The notes under the pieces are model-generated. The model ran no database searches and had not been told where the DNA came from. It saw only the letters and a list, made by a program, of their open reading frames with translations. Positions 32,076-42,777 of a stretch of 64,000 bases of DNA are shown here, one piece after another. The position numbers and the translations under genes were made by a program. Source of the stretch: Candidatus Bathyarchaeota archaeon (lineage in GTDB: Archaea; Thermoproteota; Bathyarchaeia; Bathyarchaeales; DTEX01). The DNA lies in contig CAVQNT010000002.1 of assembly GCA_963714275.1 (NCBI GenBank), forward strand, positions 256,001 through 320,000, read 5' to 3'. Numbering within the stretch: position 1 is the stretch's first letter; each line of letters starts with the position of its first letter.

Positions 32076-32264
32076 ATGAGTAACGAAATATTTGGAAACA
32101 GAAAGAAAATTTATGAGTTAATACAAAAGAAGGGCAAAGTTTCGCTTAAGGAAATTGGGGCCTCTACTGATGTTAATTACAATTCGATAAGAAGTGCGGT
32201 TATTGGCCTTACGAAGGCTGGTTTGATAAAACGCGTCGATCGTGGCGTTTACCAAATTAAATAA
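32076..32264 (+). CDS. small wHTH DNA-binding protein
   Basis: SLKEIG...YNSIRSAV..L.KAGLIKRVDRGVY. Confidence 0.7.
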   Translation: MSNEIFGNRKKIYELIQKKGKVSLKEIGASTDVNYNSIRSAVIGLTKAGLIKRVDRGVYQIK

Positions 32265-32502
32265 AGGTTTAAGTCCTGTTCCAAAACTAGTTCAAGTCAT
32301 CTCCGCTTTTTCCACATCTAAGTATTATTAAACATTCCTATATTTTTATCAGAAAAGGTATTTTTTAGGTTATTCCCTCCCCTCAATATGTTGCTTAACC
32401 GATACTCATATGTACAAAAATCACAACCTGTAATAACAGTCTAAACTAAGGTGGAAGAATTCCGTAAATCCTTTATAATCATATTTACCTAGAATTATAG
32501 AT

Positions 32503-33045
32503 ATGGAAAACATTTATGATGAATATGAAATAGAATGGAAGCTGGCAGGCAATTCGAGAGAAACCCTGAGAAAAGACGTGGTCAACAAATTCTTATCTGA
32601 ACCATGTGGGTATTGGAAGAATGGAGAAAAACACGTAACTCGTTTCAAATATTTTGTCGAGAAACTTGAGGATAGTAGAAGAATCTTCTTACTGAGACCA
32701 ACATATCTAAACAAAGGCATAGATTTTCAAGTCTGGGTTGAAAGATTCAACGGAATCAAAGACCAGCGACCCAGTCACAAAGACATTTTCAATGACTTGA
32801 AATTGAAGAAAAAGGAAAATCCAAAAGACTTCTCCAGACTCATTCAATTGATTGACGAGGTATGGAACTGTAAAGAACCCGATTCCATTTTAGATAAGGA
32901 GAACAGATATGCATTCCGTGAGGGATTGCCAACCGAAATGCTCTTGAAAATTCTCAAATGGCTTTTCATAGAACAGGACATCACCTACTGGAACTATGAT
33001 GGCAGAAAAATGCTTAGAATGGCAATAGACAGTGAAACAAAGTAA
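32503..33045 (+). CDS. hypothetical protein (distant paralogue of 34369..34905)
   Basis: PSH..IFNDLKLKKKENP...EVW; KWLFIEQD..YWNY.GR. Confidence 0.7.
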   Translation: MENIYDEYEIEWKLAGNSRETLRKDVVNKFLSEPCGYWKNGEKHVTRFKYFVEKLEDSRRIFLLRPTYLNKGIDFQVWVERFNGIKDQRPSHKDIFNDLKLKKKENPKDFSRLIQLIDEVWNCKEPDSILDKENRYAFREGLPTEMLLKILKWLFIEQDITYWNYDGRKMLRMAIDSETK

Positions 33046-33257
33046 CCATGCATCAAATTATTTCGCATCCGAATGCAGTGGAGATATCTCCCGAACACTT
33101 TAAGTTTCTTAGCGCGCGCTTGAGAAATTCATTCTCCATATATACCCTGATCCAAAATGCAAGTCATGAAAAAATGAAAAACATATAGTAAAGATCATTA
33201 AGTCAAACTATGCTAACTGAATAATGAACAACATCTCATTTTAGCGAGTCGGTAAGA

Positions 33258-34157
33258 ATGCTTGAGGAAGAAACTTTAGAGAAGTATCGTCGCGCAGGAA
33301 AGATAGCTGCAAAAGTCAGAGAAGAAATGAAGCGAAAGACCAAGGAAGGGATGCCGTTACTCGAAATCTGCGAAAAAACAGAACGCCTAATTACCAGCAT
33401 GGGTGGCAAGCCAGCGTTTCCTTGCAATGTTTCAGTTAATGAGGTTGCAGCACACTATACGTCTCCTCCCGACGACGCCCAAACGGTCCCAAATGACTCG
33501 TTGGTTAAGATTGATATTGGTGTCCACGTCGATGGCTACGTTGCTGACACCGCAGTTACAATATGTTTCAATCCTGAACTTGAAGGCATGGTTCAAGCCT
33601 CCGAGGCAGCGTTAGAAACAGCCGTCAAAACCGTTCGACCAGGCATACACACGTCTGACTTAGGCTCAGAAATACAGAGAACCATCGAACGCCGAGGGTA
33701 CAAACCTATTTCAAATTTGACTGGTCACCAAGTCGGACGATACATTATTCATACAGGAAAGTCGCTGCCGAATGTTACGCACATTTCCTTTACGAAGATT
33801 AATGCTGGAGATGTCTGCGCCATTGAACCTTTCGTGACTCTTAGGGACGCAGCTGGCAGAGTGGAGGATGGAACGGAAGCCTTCATTTTCAGGTTCGTTA
33901 AGCGGAAGCCAGTTAAAGACCTTGAGGCAGCGCAACTTTTAAAATTTATCGAGGAAGAATACCGAACGTTGCCTTTTGCTGAAAGGTGGCTAGAAAAATA
34001 CTATAAAGGTCACGAGTACAAAGCAGCATTCGCGAAACTGTTGGCTTCTAAGTGCATAATGTCTTACCCAGTTTTCATTGAGGCCAGTCAGAAGCCCGTA
34101 GCCCAATCTGAACACACAGTCTACATTGACAGAAATTCAGCTGTCGTTCTCACATGA
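33258..34157 (+). CDS. map: methionine aminopeptidase type II
   Basis: PAFPCNVS..AAHYT, KIDIGVHVDGY..DTA, NLTGH, AIEPF, AQSEHT. Confidence 0.95.
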   Translation: MLEEETLEKYRRAGKIAAKVREEMKRKTKEGMPLLEICEKTERLITSMGGKPAFPCNVSVNEVAAHYTSPPDDAQTVPNDSLVKIDIGVHVDGYVADTAVTICFNPELEGMVQASEAALETAVKTVRPGIHTSDLGSEIQRTIERRGYKPISNLTGHQVGRYIIHTGKSLPNVTHISFTKINAGDVCAIEPFVTLRDAAGRVEDGTEAFIFRFVKRKPVKDLEAAQLLKFIEEEYRTLPFAERWLEKYYKGHEYKAAFAKLLASKCIMSYPVFIEASQKPVAQSEHTVYIDRNSAVVLT

Positions 34158-34368
34158 TTATAATTGAACCAACATATGGTTATTTTTTCTCTTCTTCCGT
34201 TTGAAAGATTCAAAAGCCGGAAGCGTTAACTTGAAATTTTTTTTGTGTTAGCACTAGTTAGATAGCCGATCCCTCTAGTTCCATCCAAGATATAACGGAT
34301 GCAATAAAAAACTATGGGATTACTTCGTATTCGGTAGGTTTTTAAGTTTTAAGAGTCTATTTGGTTTT

Positions 34369-34905
34369 ATGCATTTAAAATGCTCTGTTGAAGCTAAAAA
34401 TGGTGAACGAAAGCATTTATTTTCTTTTAAGGAATTTTATCTTAAAAATGGAACGATTATTGGTGTTTTTCAAGGTAGTTATGGGGATAATCCAGAACTT
34501 GATATGATTATAAAATATCAAGAAAAAGGAAAGAGAATTAGAACACCCAAGCACATTCATTGGGCTATTGATTTATTGATTAAGAAAGAACATGAGCCTG
34601 AATTAGTTAAGGATTTTGTCAAGTATTTAATCGAAATGTGGGATAAAATTAAGCCTTTTTTAACAAAGGCAGAACAACAAAACTGCGAATTATATTTCAC
34701 TAATCCTGAAAATCTTAAACCTTTTGAAAAACTTAATGATCATGGAGAATATTCAGTGGAATTTATCGGGCACATTATTGAGTTGATGATGCTTGAAGAA
34801 AAAACAGGCAATCATCAAGCATTTATGTTCAAGGGAGTTTTAGAAGCAATTTACAACGATAAAGAAATCTTCGAAATTGTTTCCAAAGCCAACTTTAGAG
34901 GCTGA
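34369..34905 (+). CDS. hypothetical protein
   Basis: RTPKHIHWAIDLLIKKEHEP...EMW; QAFMF. Confidence 0.7.
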   Translation: MHLKCSVEAKNGERKHLFSFKEFYLKNGTIIGVFQGSYGDNPELDMIIKYQEKGKRIRTPKHIHWAIDLLIKKEHEPELVKDFVKYLIEMWDKIKPFLTKAEQQNCELYFTNPENLKPFEKLNDHGEYSVEFIGHIIELMMLEEKTGNHQAFMFKGVLEAIYNDKEIFEIVSKANFRG

Positions 34906-34980
34906 TTAGAAGATTAATTGAAATTTTAAGCAAGAGCCAGTTATAAAATCCAGAAATAGACTTACAGTCATATTCTCTGT

Positions 34981-35250
34981 CTAGATAGAAGTTAAACTCT
35001 CTATATCTTGTTTCGTAAGAATTTTCCTTTTAATACTTGCTGCTATCAATGAAACAAGTTCTTCTTTGAGCATAATCGGAGCATCTTGTTTGAATTTCCC
35101 ATTTTTCCAGTATGCAATTCTTATGGCTTCAACAGAATTTTTGGTTCCTTTTTCATCTTCTCTTTCATGAAGAATCTTCTGAATTTTATAGGTATATCTC
35201 TTATCTTTTGCCACTATAGAAGCTTCATCTCTAACTATAATTTTTGTCAT
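34981..35250 (-). CDS. hypothetical protein
   Basis: 89-aa ORF with purine-rich RBS. Confidence 0.5.
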   Translation of the reverse strand: MTKIIVRDEASIVAKDKRYTYKIQKILHEREDEKGTKNSVEAIRIAYWKNGKFKQDAPIMLKEELVSLIAASIKRKILTKQDIESLTSI

Positions 35251-35462
35251 ACAGACCCCTTTTTCTTGATTAATGTTATTAATTATATTGTTAGTACGAT
35301 GAATATTTCTTTATATCTTCCTAATCTGACTTCAGATGCAAGTACTAATTAAATAAAAAGGCTTCGCTGAAAAATTTACACAATCATTAGAATCTAAAAG
35401 CTCAGCTAGGCTTGACCAAATCTCTATAAAGTGCTTATGTGTACAATTCTTAACGAGCAATA

Positions 35463-36326
35463 ATGGAAACATTACTGAATGTCCCCTTGGGCAAGTCGCC
35501 ACGACCATTTGTAAAATGGGCAGGAGGAAAAAGTCAATTACTTGAAAGCCTGAAAAGCCATTTTCCAAAGGACTTTGGGACTTATTATGAACCTTTTCTA
35601 GGAGGCGGTGCTGTCTTTTTCTATCTTGTCGGTAAAAGGCCTCATTTTAATGCTGTTCTGTCGGATGTTAATGCGGAATTAATCACAACTTATCGTGTTA
35701 TAAAAGAGAAAGTTGACAGCCTCATAATGAATCTTGAAGAGCACAGGTTAAATTATAGAATGGAACCAAAGGATTACTTTTATAAAGTTAGAGCTGAAGA
35801 GCCTAAAGATGACGTTGAAAGAGTTGCTAGACTATTATTCTTGAACAGAACATGCTACAATGGTCTGTACAGAGTTAACAGTAAGGGCAAATTCAATGTC
35901 CCTTTTGGTCAATACAAGAATCCAAAAATCGTTGACAAGGAAAACTTGCGAAAAGTAAGCGAAGTCTTACGTGAGTCAAATGCTGAGCTACTTTCAGTTG
36001 ATTATCATGAAGCTACAAAAGATGCAAAAGAAGGCGATTTTATTTATTTTGACCCTCCATATCAGCCCTTGAGCATTACTGCTAGCTTTACAAGCTATAC
36101 TAATTCCGGTTTCTCGATTCAAGACCAAGAACGGTTAGGCAAGTGGTTTCGGGAGTTAGATAAACGAGGATGTCAGATTCTACTTAGCAATTCTGATACT
36201 AAAGAAGTGCGCCGTATCTACGAGGGATATGAAATTCGCCAAGTTCAAGCATTACGCGCTATTAACTGCAAAGGCAACCAGCGTAAGGGTCACACTGAAC
36301 TCATAATAAATAACCTCAAATCGTAA
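35463..36326 (+). CDS. dam: Dam/DpnM-family DNA adenine methyltransferase
   Basis: KWAGGK, EPFLGGG, YNGLYRVN..G.FNVPFG, DPPY, LSNS. Confidence 0.92.
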   Translation: METLLNVPLGKSPRPFVKWAGGKSQLLESLKSHFPKDFGTYYEPFLGGGAVFFYLVGKRPHFNAVLSDVNAELITTYRVIKEKVDSLIMNLEEHRLNYRMEPKDYFYKVRAEEPKDDVERVARLLFLNRTCYNGLYRVNSKGKFNVPFGQYKNPKIVDKENLRKVSEVLRESNAELLSVDYHEATKDAKEGDFIYFDPPYQPLSITASFTSYTNSGFSIQDQERLGKWFRELDKRGCQILLSNSDTKEVRRIYEGYEIRQVQALRAINCKGNQRKGHTELIINNLKS

Positions 36327-36378
36327 CAATTCACATAATACACTTTTTAGTAGGAGTAGCTTCAGACTTCGTGAAATA

Positions 36379-37431
36379 GTGGAAGGGCACAACATGTCCG
36401 AGAAATATGTTTTCATGAAAGAAATCAAAGAACAAGATCTAAAGAAATTCCTTAAAAGGCATAAATTTGTTAAAATTGGGACTGCTGAAAACAAAATAGG
36501 GCAGCAAAAAATTATTACACAGTATCAACCAGAAGAATTTGAGCTAGAAAGGACCAATGCTTGGTCTTTCCCAAAAAGAGGCAAATGGGCAACACATCAA
36601 GGCAACTTCAGAGGAAACTGGCCCCCTCAAATGGCACGCAACATCATCTTAAGATATTCCAAACCAAACGAAACAGTTTTAGACCAAATGTGCGGTTCAG
36701 GCACAACCCTAATTGAATGCAAACTACTCGGAAGAAACGCCATAGGAGTAGATATTAACCAAAATTGCATCATGCTTACACGAGACAGACTCAACTTCGA
36801 ATATAACCCCCTTGACTCAAACTTTCCCAAAGTTTCAGCAAAAACCTACATCGGAGACGCCAGAAACCTCAACTTAATTAAAGATGAGACAATAGACCTC
36901 ATTGCAACACATCCGCCGTATGCAAACATCATCGCTTATTCAAATAGAAAGAACCAAGTCTCCGGGGACCTTTCGTTTGCTCGTTCACTCGTAGGATATT
37001 TGGATGGAATGCGGGAAATCGCCAAAGAAAGCTATCGGGTTCTTAGACCTGGAAGATACTGCGCAATATTAATTGGCGATACCAGAAAACATAGACACCA
37101 TGTACCGATTGCTTTCAGAGTCCTGCAGGCCTTCTTGGATGCGGGGTTTATCCTAAGAGAAGATGTAATGAAATATCAATGGCGAACCAAATCTACACGG
37201 GAGAAATGGGATGGCTTATCCAAAGTCGCTGAAGAATGCTGGGTAGACATAGACAATGAAGGAAAAAAAGGACGCTACACAGACTTCTTGCTCCTCATTC
37301 ACGAACACCTATTCATATTCAGAAAACCTGAAGAAGGAGAAGACTTGTCAACCCTAAAGAGTAGTATGAAATGGTGGAATGAAAACTCAGAGAATTGTGG
37401 TAAATACTCGATTAAGTTCATGAAAGGTTAA
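36379..37431 (+). CDS. N4/N6 DNA methyltransferase
   Basis: DQMCGSGTT (motif I), THPPY (motif IV), RVLRPG, HEHLFIFRK. Confidence 0.85.
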   Translation: MEGHNMSEKYVFMKEIKEQDLKKFLKRHKFVKIGTAENKIGQQKIITQYQPEEFELERTNAWSFPKRGKWATHQGNFRGNWPPQMARNIILRYSKPNETVLDQMCGSGTTLIECKLLGRNAIGVDINQNCIMLTRDRLNFEYNPLDSNFPKVSAKTYIGDARNLNLIKDETIDLIATHPPYANIIAYSNRKNQVSGDLSFARSLVGYLDGMREIAKESYRVLRPGRYCAILIGDTRKHRHHVPIAFRVLQAFLDAGFILREDVMKYQWRTKSTREKWDGLSKVAEECWVDIDNEGKKGRYTDFLLLIHEHLFIFRKPEEGEDLSTLKSSMKWWNENSENCGKYSIKFMKG

Positions 37432-37899
37432 CCCTTGGCTTTTTTTGTTCCATTTGGGAAAGTTCATGGCAAAAACCTCGGGAATAACCCGTACCAACCA
37501 TTTGGAATGTTTGCTCTAAGAATAGGGATCGTATTATTTGGTGTCCGGTAATAAAAGACCACAATCGCCAAGGCTCGCGTACGTTGTGAATGTTGAACAT
37601 GGTGAGAATATTTCTAATTTGGTCTGGTTCTTCAATTATGTTTGCAGGAATCTTTTCTAATCCAAAATCTAATGCGCATTGCCATCGGCGTTCTCCATCG
37701 AGAATAACATATTTTCCGTCGCTTTTCCTTTCATAAATTAATAATGGAACAAGAATTCCCACTTTTTTATGGATTCTTTCAGAATTGCCATACTAGATGA
37801 AGGAAAGACTAATTGAGGGTTCTGTGGATTTCTTTCCACTTCCTTTGGGTCAACATAGGCAAGTTTACTTGGTTCAATAAGAGGTTGTTCAATGCCCAA
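37418..37899 (-). pseudogene. truncated ParB/Srx N-terminal-domain gene
   Basis: NP.NP...SI..GILVPL...DGERRW; frameshift near 37765 and similarity stops after ~120 codons. Confidence 0.7.
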
Positions 37900-37989
37900 A
37901 ATAATTCACCTGACTCATTACTAGAATCGTGATGTGGTTTTATAAATATGAGTGATAAGCTGAGTTAGTTTGCTTTCTAAATCTAGCAC

Positions 37990-38589
37990 TTAAATTATCT
38001 GTCTCAGAAACTCAAGGTGAGCGAGTCTATGCTTAACAGTATCAATTGAAGCGCAACTACGAGGAACAGAAATGACATCATATTTTCCATTAAATCCTAC
38101 ATGCTTAGCTATAGAGTAGACATATCTTCGCCAGTATTCCTCATATCCTTCATGCTCCATCACAAGAATGAAGTGAGTTGCATTGAGGTTCATCTGTTTG
38201 TGATAACTCCTTCTATAGGTAGCTCTGTCAGCGCCATAATAAGTTTTAATTTTCACATCTTTCTTTAGAACCCTACCAAATTTCGTTTCATCTTTAATTT
38301 TGTAAAAGGTAGTATACTCAGGTCGCATCATTAATGCTAAGATTGTGTCACCAGTTATCTTTTTTAGGGTAACCCATCCAGATTCTATTTCCCAAACGAA
38401 AACAGACGGTTTAAACCGATTGCCTTCATTATAGAGCCATAAAACATCCGGATGATATTCAAATCTTTTATTTTTAATTTTATAATAGACATTTCCAGTG
38501 CTGGGTTCATATATATTTCTGTTTAATCCTAGTTCTATTATAGCATTCTTAACACGAGGGTGCCAATCCTGATTTCCCTGTTTAGCCAT
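37990..38589 (-). CDS. PD-(D/E)XK-like hypothetical protein
   Basis: H...YHPDVLW...VWEIESG. Confidence 0.55.
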   Translation of the reverse strand: MAKQGNQDWHPRVKNAIIELGLNRNIYEPSTGNVYYKIKNKRFEYHPDVLWLYNEGNRFKPSVFVWEIESGWVTLKKITGDTILALMMRPEYTTFYKIKDETKFGRVLKKDVKIKTYYGADRATYRRSYHKQMNLNATHFILVMEHEGYEEYWRRYVYSIAKHVGFNGKYDVISVPRSCASIDTVKHRLAHLEFLRQII

Positions 38590-38654
38590 AAGAAACCCAA
38601 TATTCTGTATTCTTTGAATGCTATCTAAAGCTAGCTCACTCTAATACATAAAAG

Positions 38655-38670
38655 ACAATGTGCGTCTCTC
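38655..38670 (+). repeat. 16-bp direct repeat ACAATGTGCGTCTCTC, copy 1
   Basis: Identical to 44348-44363. Confidence 0.85.
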
Positions 38671-38893
38671 ACTCCAACAGCCAAGACAGTGGTCTTGAAC
38701 ATCCCAGACATATATTATAGAGACCAACTTGGGCTGAGGATAAACCTAAAATAAAAATTGAACCCCTACTTAAAACAACTATCTAGCTCACTAAGTTTGA
38801 ACTAAACAAAAATGGTTGATTCGACTCTTAATAAATGGATTATCATATATAGAATGATGGTGCCAGGAAAGAGTTTTGTCGAGGTGATGTGGC

Positions 38894-39172
38894 GTGATTG
38901 TTTATCTTCGAAAAGCAAGAGATGCTTCTTCCACTAAATTATTTGAGTGGCGAAGCGAAGGTTCTGAAACTTGGAATCGCATTTCCTCTGAAGACATACA
39001 TATGGGTACACATGGTGACTTATTCGAGACGGCACTCTTTTGCCGTATTGAGGGGCGAGAAGAAACTGTTTTACTTGAGGCCTTCCTCACCATAGGAAGA
39101 GTAATAGCGCAGAAAAGACCCAAAAAAGCACACAGTCGTAAAACTAGGCTGGGAAAACCTAACGACGACTAG
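38894..39172 (+). CDS. hypothetical protein
   Basis: GAGGTGA RBS before GTG. Confidence 0.45.
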   Translation: MIVYLRKARDASSTKLFEWRSEGSETWNRISSEDIHMGTHGDLFETALFCRIEGREETVLLEAFLTIGRVIAQKRPKKAHSRKTRLGKPNDD

Positions 39173-39339
39173 CTGAGCTTCTGGTATGCGAGAACCTATT
39201 TGTCTTTAGTCTCTTTTGTTTTTAACACATCGATTTAGCATGCGCGCGCTAAAACCGCGTATGATGATTGCATAAAAACAGCAAACAGAAGTATCGTTGG
39301 GAATTTATAAACTAGTCTAGTAATTTGTAGATAAGCTAA

Positions 39340-39609
39340 CTATTCATAGATAATATCCACCAATTTTTCAAAAGTTTTTAGTTTTTTTAACCTTAACTTT
39401 TTAGTTTTAACTATAAGATGAAATTCACCTCTTTTGCAGTATATATGCCAAAGTGTACATCCTTCCATCCACATGTGCATACGCTTTTTACAGAAGGGGC
39501 AATAAACAGCTTTTCCATCAATTTTAGCAAGCTTATCCATCAGTATAGTTTCTTGATTTGAATCTTCTTCTCCATGAGTCCATATCCCAAATGCCCTCGG
39601 AATTCTCAT
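39340..39609 (-). CDS. small Cys/His protein
   Basis: GGTGA RBS; CPFC...C...H. Confidence 0.5.
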   Translation of the reverse strand: MRIPRAFGIWTHGEEDSNQETILMDKLAKIDGKAVYCPFCKKRMHMWMEGCTLWHIYCKRGEFHLIVKTKKLRLKKLKTFEKLVDIIYE

Positions 39610-39826
39610 TATCTCACCATTTCCATTAGAAGAAACTATAATGATAAGTATCTAAAAATAGCTAGCTAGCTGCCAATAATAATCGACCAAGGGTTTTTTG
39701 GGATGATTTTGAGGTTGGGTTGGGATGTGGAGCCCAGTTCAAAGACCCTAGTAAGCATGAAAATACAGAAAATAACACTAATAAAGAGGAAAGAAGATTA
39801 AACTAATAGCATTAGTTGGGATATAT

Positions 39827-42098
39827 TTGAGTTCTTTCAAGGACCAATTGAGTGAACGTCTCTCGAATCTTGAAGATCTCTTGACAAGAAATAAATGGGA
39901 AGAATCTGTAGAGAGTTGTATCAAATTAATTGACATTGCGTTAACGGAAAAGTATAAATTGCTTTTTCATTCGTTAACCCCATCTGCGCAAAAGCAGATT
40001 CTTGAAGAACTTGAAAAACTGAATAAGCGATTTGATGAACTCCAATTCGGTGACAAGTCTACGCATTTTTAAGGAACATAAAATCTTGTCTTTCAACAAA
40101 ACATTTACTCTAAGTCGCATCACAGACCTTGATAACATCTTCATCATTAATGATCTGAGAGTCGAGTCTACTCATCCAACTAAGGTGGATAAGAAGTTTA
40201 AGGAAATCACAAAAGGTCTTTCCTATTTTAGTTACGCTGTAACTCTTGAATTTCTATCTGCATTGAATATGTTACCAATTGATTATGGGAAGGAACGTGC
40301 CCAAATATTCAACAATCTCCCGCCTTCCGACTGCATTGAATTCATTGGAAGAGAGCACCAAGTTCAGGAAGTTGTAGATGCCTTAATGAATGAGAGGTTC
40401 CCAATCGTTTCAATTGATGGCATCGGAGGAGTTGGTAAATCCACATTAGCAATAGAATGTGCAAGTAAACTTGCTGAGAAGAGCATCTTTGACGCCATCA
40501 TTTGGTTAGGAGCAAAAAAGCAAAAACTAACAAGTGAAGGAATCAAAGATATCGAAAACAGTTTTGAAAATCTCGAAGATCTCTTCACAGTCGTTTTGAA
40601 GGCTTTTGGTGCTTCCGATTTCCTTGAATACAACTTTGAAACTAAAAAAGCAAAAGTCTTAGAAATTCTCCAGAACAACGCTTGTCTAATGGTAATTGAC
40701 AATCTAGAAACAATAGAAGACCAGAACCTAAAGCGGTTTCTAATCGACGACCTTCCGCCCTTGCCAAAAACCCTGATCACAAGTAGAGAAAGATTAGGAG
40801 AACTCGAAAAAGTAGTGTGGCTTAAGGAGTTTTCATTAGATGAAACTGGAAAATACATACACTCACAATTGAAACACCGAGGATACACTGAACCTATCAC
40901 GGATATATTGATCAAAAGATTGCACGCAGCAAGTGGAGGTATACCTCTAGCCCTTAGAATATCAATTCCTTGGATAATAGAAGGTAAATTAGGACCTGGA
41001 ACCAGTGAAGATAAAGTTTTTGAGAAATCAGAAGTCCTAAAATTTTGTTTTGAAAAAGTATTTAACGATTTTCTTGATGAAGATACTAAAAATCTCTTCT
41101 TAATGATGTCTGTATCCCCAAGCGATATCAGTGAATCAGCGTTGAAGTTTATTTCTGGACTGAGCGAAGAAAAGTTTACTACAAATGTAAATAGTCTCAT
41201 AAAGTATTCGCTTATTTCAAAGATCCAATCAATAGAAACTGCTGAAACCTTGTTTTCAATGCTTCCTCTCACTCAACTGTTTGGCAGAAAACTTGTTGAA
41301 GAAAAACACAAGGAGATTCGAACAAGAGTGAGTCGCGAATATCTCAAATACTTCCAGATTACAAGCGATGAAAAAGTTTCAGCTAAAAGAGCGATGTCAC
41401 TTAACAAAGCAGAAGAAGCTATGAGGCTATCACGTGCAGGTAATGATTCAGAGGCCGAGTCTCTGTTTCGTGAAGCACTAAATTATGATAAAGACGATGA
41501 TTACGCTCTTTATTTGTATGCCATATTTTCCAAGGAAAGGCAAAATTATGGACAAGCGATGGAACTCATACAACGTGCAATAAATCTGCAAAAAGAGAAT
41601 CCCGTATACTGGATAGAATTTTCAAACATCCTAGAATTATGGGGGGACTTTAGGAAGGCTGAAAGGATCTTGGAAGAAGCCCTGAGGCGCTGTAGTCATG
41701 ACATGCGGATAACACAGAAACTGGTTGTGATAAAAGAGAGGTTGAACAAAATTGAGGAAGCAATGGCTCTTGCCGAGAAACATATCAACATGAACCCTGT
41801 AGACACAAAACAAACATTTCTGAACACGTTATTTGTAGTGGCTATCCTAGAAGGAAACTGGAGACTTGGCTGCCGCTATCGACAAACAAATCCTGACGCC
41901 AGTTTGGCATACTTCCTTGACAGCATGAAGAGCATGGAAAAATACAGAAGTGTCATACAACCAAACAATGCGAAATTGCAATTTCATGAAAAGAAAATCC
42001 TCAAAGCAATAGTGACTCTATCAACAAAAAGGCGATATTACGAATGCACGCCAATACTACGAGCGAAGTCTGTATTCCGTTGCATTTTTCGAGGATAG
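39827..42098 (+). CDS. STAND (NB-ARC) NTPase with TPR repeats and HEPN-like N-terminus (frameshift near 40055)
   Basis: FIGRE, GIGGVGKS, VIDNLE, LITSR, GGIPLAL; TPRs; LRVESTH. Confidence 0.85.
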
Positions 42099-42494
42099 AC
42101 AGAAGCACAATGAAATAATCAACAAAAGAATAGCAGAACTCGGGAACTCGTAAGATATTCTTTCGTAAGAAGTGTCCAAAATTCTTGACTAGAGTTTTTG
42201 TCATTAGAAACTAGTCAGTGGTTATAATAGTGATTTCGAAGTAGACTTTCATGTCCTGAGTCAGCTAGCAAGGATTCATGATAGTTTTGAAGCCCAAGAA
42301 GAGTTCTAAACCCCCGTAAAAACGTTTCTATATATAGAAAAATGCCCTTCTAAGTTAGCTAGCTAGTACACAGTCCCATTAAATCCTTAATTAATGTTCA
42401 GCAGTTCTCCTTGGTAAAACCATGTAAAGAGTTTTTATACGTTCATTTTATGGCACTTCGTTAATAAAGTCTTTTGCGGGACTACCTACTAGCT

Positions 42495-42564
42495 AGGACA
42501 TGACAGGAAATGGGAAACCACGACTTTCGATCTTTAAGGGTATAAAAGCAAGACTGAACAAAAT
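42495..42564 (+). repeat. 70-bp remnant of the 5' end of the wHTH gene at 46093
   Basis: 65/70 identical to 46088-46157 by eye. Confidence 0.85.
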
Positions 42565-42777
42565 ATATGGCTGAAAAAAATACTTTGCTAGCTAGTTAAA
42601 TTAATGGAGATAAATTAATAATTAATTGCAAGCCAAAAAACTAAGCAACACACTTTTTCTTTTTTCTAATTTCTTTGATTTCTTCTGTCTTCGCCCAGTT
42701 AAGCACCGCAATTTCAAACTTTGCATCCAATATTTCTGAGTCATAATCACGTTTCTTTTCTTTTTTAACCGTCATCA

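Noticed and set aside
40364-41272. 302-aa antisense ORF (and similar antisense ORFs over carA/carB, ParB and tail genes)
   Set aside because: Shadow frames opposite well-supported genes with no motifs of their own
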